Of a DNA stretch of 64,000 nt, positions 59,448-64,000 are shown in pieces (the first letter of the stretch is position 1; each line of letters opens with the position of its first letter). The DNA is from an uncultured Chloroflexia bacterium (GTDB lineage: Bacteria > Chloroflexota > Anaerolineae > JAAYZQ01). The stretch covers positions 1,728,001 through 1,792,000 of the forward strand of contig CAVOXA010000001.1 in the NCBI GenBank assembly GCA_963700285.1. The letters run 5' to 3'. Below the pieces are notes generated by a model. It had not been told where the DNA came from and did not search any database. It saw nothing but the letters and a program-made list of their open reading frames with translations. Both the position numbers and the translations under genes were made by a program.

Positions 59448-60934
59448 TTACCCCTGGGCCCCTTCTCCGGTACTCCCACTCTCCCCAGCTCCCTCTTTCC
59501 CCCTCTCGCCATCCCTTCCTCTCACCCTCTGCTCCAGCGCCACCAGCCCGCCCAGGAACATCCAGGCCAGTGCGCTGGTGCGAAAGCCGGGAAAGCCAAT
59601 GTTGTAGACAAAGGGCAGGAACCAGTCGGCCAGCATCATGGCTATCAGGGTGCCCGCCAGCCCGCCCACGGCACCATTTAGGTAGCCTTCTTCAAAACCA
59701 GGATCGAAGCAAGACAGCAGCCGCCAGCCCAGCACGCCGACCTCGGCCAGGAACCATAGGAAGAGGCCCAGCCCCACCACGCCCACCTGCGCGTAGAGGT
59801 CGATATAGTTGTTGTGAGACGACACGTTGGGCCGGATCCAGAGAGCGTGACCCACCCCGGATGAAAGCCACTGGGTATGACCATAGTGGCGGTAGGCTGC
59901 CGGGCCCAGTCCCAGGATGGGATGGTCTTTGACCAGATCGAGAACCGATGCGTATAGTGTACGCGCCCTCCCCAACTCACATCCACTTCGGCTTGCCCGC
60001 CTGCGTGGACAAAGACGATGGGGTAGGCAAGAACTGCAAGAGTAACCAGCGCCACAGCCACTACCAGCCCTAGCACGCGGTTGCGGCGCCACATCCGCAG
60101 CCAGATCACAGCCAGGGCGGCGACTGTGAATGGCACCCAGCCCGACACCCAGTCGTTCAGTCTGGAACCACACCACATAGGTCGCTGCGCCGAGCAGCGC
60201 CAGCAGCCACAGACGTATCAACGGCCGGAGCTTGCGATTGAAAGAGCAATTGCCCGGTCGCCAGTGGCCGCCAACCAGGTCCAGAACATGCTCCGGTTGG
60301 CCATTTCGGATCGGACCAGCCCAGGAGCCCGGCGCAGGGGCGGCAGGAAATACTCCAGAACCACCACGCTGGACACAGCCAGGAAGACGAAGGTGGCGAT
60401 CTTCAGCCAGCGCCCCCGCGCGCCCAGGCTGCCGGTCACGAGAAAGATGGCGGCAGAAAGGGCAAAGATGCCCCACTGACCCAGCTGTACCAGCAAGCAG
60501 GTTACTGGGCTGGGGCACCAGTGGATCCCAGTAGGCCCGGCCGGCCAGGAGCGAGAGCAGTCCAACCAGCACAAAGAGCATCAGGGGTAGCATGGTGCGC
60601 GAACGTGGGCAGTCGCAGGCGACGTTTCGCGAAGGCCATCCACCAGCCAGGCGCGACTCACCACCGGGATCAGGAATACCGGCGCGGTCAGGGCGACCTC
60701 AGACCCGGTGCCGAGAGTGAAGGGCAGAGTGAAAGAAAGCCCGGCCAGGGCCACCAGACCCAGCCCAGGGTGCTGCAGCAGCAGTGAACGCCAGGCACCG
60801 GGCACCAGCACCAGGAAGCAGCACGCGAAAGCGGGTCGAAGGTTGGCGGCGCCAGTGCCGCCAGCATCAGCACGGCGCCGATGACAAGCGGGCTCGGCAT
60901 TGCCAGATCCCGGCGACGGACTGCGCATCATCAT
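59448..60934 (-). CDS. O-antigen ligase / Wzy-like membrane protein; multiply frameshifted
   Basis: HPILGLGP..SSHNNYIDLYAQVGVVGL motif; many TM segments; ATG 60934 overlaps the upstream stop. Confidence 0.8.
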
Positions 60935-62140
60935 GTCGCACGCCTCTCCAGGACGACCGATTCGACCAGGTCGACGAACCGTTCTCCGATGGCGCGCCAG
61001 TCATACTGCTCTTCGACCAATGCCGCGGGCGTTGCGGGCCAGTTGTGCTCGCAGGCCAGGGTCGCGCAGCAGGCGGACAACCTGGGCAGCGAATGTGTCT
61101 GGCTCGTCCGCGAGCAGGATGTCGCGTTTCGGCGTCACGTCCAGCCCCTCAGCAGCTTTGGTGGTGGCGACCACCGGCGTACCCAGCGCCATCGCCTCCA
61201 GGATCTTGAGACGGGTGCCGCCGCCCTGACGGATGGGCACGACGCACGCCCAGGCGCCTGCAACCAGCGGCCGCACGTCGTCAACATAGCCGCTCAGCTG
61301 GACGCTGTCATCGAGCTGCAAGCCAGCCAAAGGTCGACGCCCCGGTTGGGAACCGGTGATGGTCAGCGACACGCCTGGGATCTGCCTCCGGATCAGGGGA
61401 TACGTTTCGCTCAGAAAGTACTGCATGGCATCATAGTTGGCGCTATAGGTCAGGGCGCCGTTAAAGACCAGAGTGCTAGCCTTCGGTGGGGCCAGAATCG
61501 GATGGTTGTACTGGCAATCGACACCATTGGGAATGACTTCTATGCACCCTCGGTAGCGGGGCAGCTCTTGTTCACTGACCTCACGGTCCTGGTCGGACAC
61601 CATGGTGACCAGATCGAAACGGTCAAACACTGTCGCCTCGTAGCGCCTGGCCTTCTGCCAACTCACCCGGCATTGCAGCCGCCGCAGGGGCGAGTCCTGG
61701 GCCTGGTACCGATCCCACAACATGCGCGTTAGTGAGTTGTGTTCCTCCATGACTCTTGTACTCTTTGCGGGTGCCAGCAAAGCATAATTGGCCATGGTCT
61801 CGGTTGAAGCAATGACCACGTCAAAGTCCGCCCCGGCCAGCGTAGATCGGACCAGGCGGCTCATCTCCGGGACAGGGCGGACGAAAACCGGTCGCGGCGA
61901 GAGAAATCGCCGGAGGCTGCCAGTCTGATTCTCCTCGAAAGGATTGTACCGAACAACCTGGACATCCGTACAGAACTTGCCCAATGCCTCTGCTTGCTGG
62001 GGCACGGCTGTATCAAAGGCAAAGGAAGCCAGCGTCACCTGATGACTAGCGCCCAAAGCCCGCAGCAAGTGATAGACCCTGATCTTGGAGCCGTTGTCAG
62101 CGGGGTAGGGAAACCAGGTGGAAAGAAAGAGGATGTTCAT
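60931..62140 (-). CDS. Glycosyltransferase family 4 (C-terminal frameshift)
   Basis: FPYPADNGSKIR, IPNGVD, GGGTRLKILEAMALG.PVV; after one indel it ends LVEEQYDW...ERRAT-TGA at 60931. Confidence 0.9.
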
Positions 62141-62910
62141 CACCCGGTTCCTGCCTGCGCCAGCAGGCCGACGCATTGTAGCGTATAGCAGCCCAGCCCC
62201 GTTCGCTCGAAGCGGCGCCAGCCTGTGTCATACAGCTGCCAGACAGCGCTGGGCAGCATCTGGCGCTTCAATATCCGTGTCTCGATCTTGGACAATTCGC
62301 GCAGAATGGCCAGGAAGCGCGGATAGTAGCCTCGCCCGTATGCGTCGAGGATCTGGAATCCCGCTGCCTCCAAAAGAGCGCGCAGCTCAGCGAGGCTGAA
62401 TTCGCGCTCCCAGCCGCCATAGGGCCACTTTCCGCTGCGGATCAGCCGCCGCTTGTGCACCGTGTACCAGTTGTAGCGCTGCGGAACATCGACTAAGAGG
62501 TATCCTTCCGCGCGAAGCACGCGCTTCTGTTCCACGATCAAGCTGGCCGGGTCCTCGAAATGCTCCAGGAATCCCTGGTGAAAGACCAGGTCGAAGGAAC
62601 CCGATTCGAAAGGCAGGTGCCAGGCGTCGCCTTGTGCAACATCGAGGTGCACGCCCGCTTGCCTGGCAGTGACTGTGGTACGCTCAAGTGCAGACGTGGA
62701 AAAGTCCAGGGCAGTGACCTTGGCGCCGAGGGATGCCAGCACGCTGCTAGTACCTCCCGTGCCAGCGCCGATCTCCAGGGCCTGGCAAGACTGCAGGTTC
62801 ACGTGCGATCCAATCGTCTCGGTGATCTGCGGGACATGGTTTACGTAATCTTTTGCCTCGAAATGCTGCCAGTAGGCGTTCCACGCAGAGCGTGTGTTGG
62901 GTGACGTCAT
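62140..62910 (-). CDS. Class I SAM-dependent methyltransferase
   Basis: LEIGAGTG, GDA..LPF....FDLV, G.LEHF, RVL..EG. Confidence 0.9.
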   Translation of the reverse strand: MTSPNTRSAWNAYWQHFEAKDYVNHVPQITETIGSHVNLQSCQALEIGAGTGGTSSVLASLGAKVTALDFSTSALERTTVTARQAGVHLDVAQGDAWHLPFESGSFDLVFHQGFLEHFEDPASLIVEQKRVLRAEGYLLVDVPQRYNWYTVHKRRLIRSGKWPYGGWEREFSLAELRALLEAAGFQILDAYGRGYYPRFLAILRELSKIETRILKRQMLPSAVWQLYDTGWRRFERTGLGCYTLQCVGLLAQAGTG

Positions 62911-63066
62911 AGTTGACTCAATGCTGTTTTCGCCAAGTCTATGATAATCTCGCAGTGTCGCACCGGCCTGGAAGAGCCGGTGCTAGGCATTGAAACCGAC
63001 AGAAACAGGTCTAGCACCGGCTGTTCACGGCGGTGCAGTAATCGCAACCACTTGGCGAGAAGACCA

Positions 63067-64000
63067 CTAAACCTGGGGCCCCAGAAGGTCGCGATAGATG
63101 GTGATCAGTCTGCGGCCGTTCTCCGACCAGTCGAACCGCTGGCAAGCAAGCTGCCGAGCGGCGTAGCCCAACGCTGCGCGCTGGGACGGATCATCCAGGA
63201 GCTGGCAGACCGCGTCCACAGCCTCCTCTGGCTCTGACGTGTAGAGCTTGCGTACCTGGACGTGGTCCTCCAAGCTCTCGCCAATGCCCTGGGCGTAGGT
63301 CACGACGGCCCGGCCTATACTAAGGTACTCGGGCAGCTTGGCTGGCAGGCGCAGGTTGTTGCCCAAGTCCAGGGGATGCTGGAGCAGGACGTCTGCCAGG
63401 CTCAGAAAGCGCGGAACCTGGGAATAGGGCACCCGCCCCACGAGGCGGTAGTGGTTCTGGAGGCCCATGCCCGTGGCGACCCGTTTCGCCTCGACGCGAA
63501 AACCATCGTCTCCCACAAGCAGCAGCACAGCTTTGGGAAATCTGCCAACCACACCGGCCAGAACCCTCATGAACCAGAAAAAGATCTCGGTGTTCATGGC
63601 CCCCGAGTACACCAGGACCTGGCGATTGTTCAGGCCCAATTCCTCCTGAAGGCCATCGGCGGTCACATGGGGACCGAAAAGCTGCAAATTGGCGCCTGGA
63701 TACAACAGATGGACCGGTACGCCGGGCCACTGGGACTTTGCCCAGGCGGTGAGGTTTGGAGATATGGCGGTATGGGCGCTGGCTGCCCGAGTCACCTGCC
63801 GGTAGGTCACCGGTTCCTTTGCCATTCTCGAGACGGCGCCGTCGCTCCGTACGGGCATCACCCAAGGCCACAGGGCGTCGCGAAGTAAGGCAACAGGCGC
63901 CGCAAAGCGCCGGGCTCCGTGCTGCCACCTTGCCATCGTCGCCTGGCGGAGAGAGCAGACATGATAGTCCTCGTCATCTTCGTGATCCATCACTAGCGGG
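63067..64000 (-). CDS. Glycosyltransferase family 4 (5' part outside window)
   Basis: YSG, GRVPY..VP..L..ADV, RLPAKLPEYL..G, FDW motifs. Confidence 0.85.
   Translation of the reverse strand, partial: PLVMDHEDDEDYHVCSLRQATMARWQHGARRFAAPVALLRDALWPWVMPVRSDGAVSRMAKEPVTYRQVTRAASAHTAISPNLTAWAKSQWPGVPVHLLYPGANLQLFGPHVTADGLQEELGLNNRQVLVYSGAMNTEIFFWFMRVLAGVVGRFPKAVLLLVGDDGFRVEAKRVATGMGLQNHYRLVGRVPYSQVPRFLSLADVLLQHPLDLGNNLRLPAKLPEYLSIGRAVVTYAQGIGESLEDHVQVRKLYTSEPEEAVDAVCQLLDDPSQRAALGYAARQLACQRFDWSENGRRLITIYRDLLGPQV

Overview
High-GC bacterial DNA whose protein repertoire suggests Chloroflexota (Anaerolineae-like); this taxonomy is inferred. Many genes are split by single-base indels, most likely long-read assembly errors. 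The left ~38.7 kb is one co-oriented (minus-strand) phosphothreonine-signalling island. It holds 5 Hanks-type Ser/Thr kinases, 3 membrane-anchored PP2C phosphatases, and 13 FHA-containing proteins (16 intact FHA domains plus one decayed FHA relic). It also holds a triple-FHA ABC exporter coupled to a B12-radical SAM enzyme and a divergent KARI, a vWA-TM-FHA receptor-like protein, an inverted-topology lipoprotein kinase overlapping an Lgt-like gene, a secreted LCAT-type lipase/BNR protein and an FGE-sulfatase-domain protein. A kinase, a phosphatase and an FHA protein appear to share one extracellular beta-sandwich family. A nested MITE sits at the island's putative promoter. The right ~25 kb is a surface-protein and polysaccharide region: DUF4012, a sortase with an LPATG substrate, two glycoside hydrolases, a Wzc-type Tyr kinase, a priming glycosyltransferase, GT2/GT4/GT-C enzymes, a Wzy/ligase-like protein, a methyltransferase, and a four-helix-bundle gene between complementary purine/pyrimidine repeat tracts. 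No rRNA, tRNA or CRISPR array was seen.
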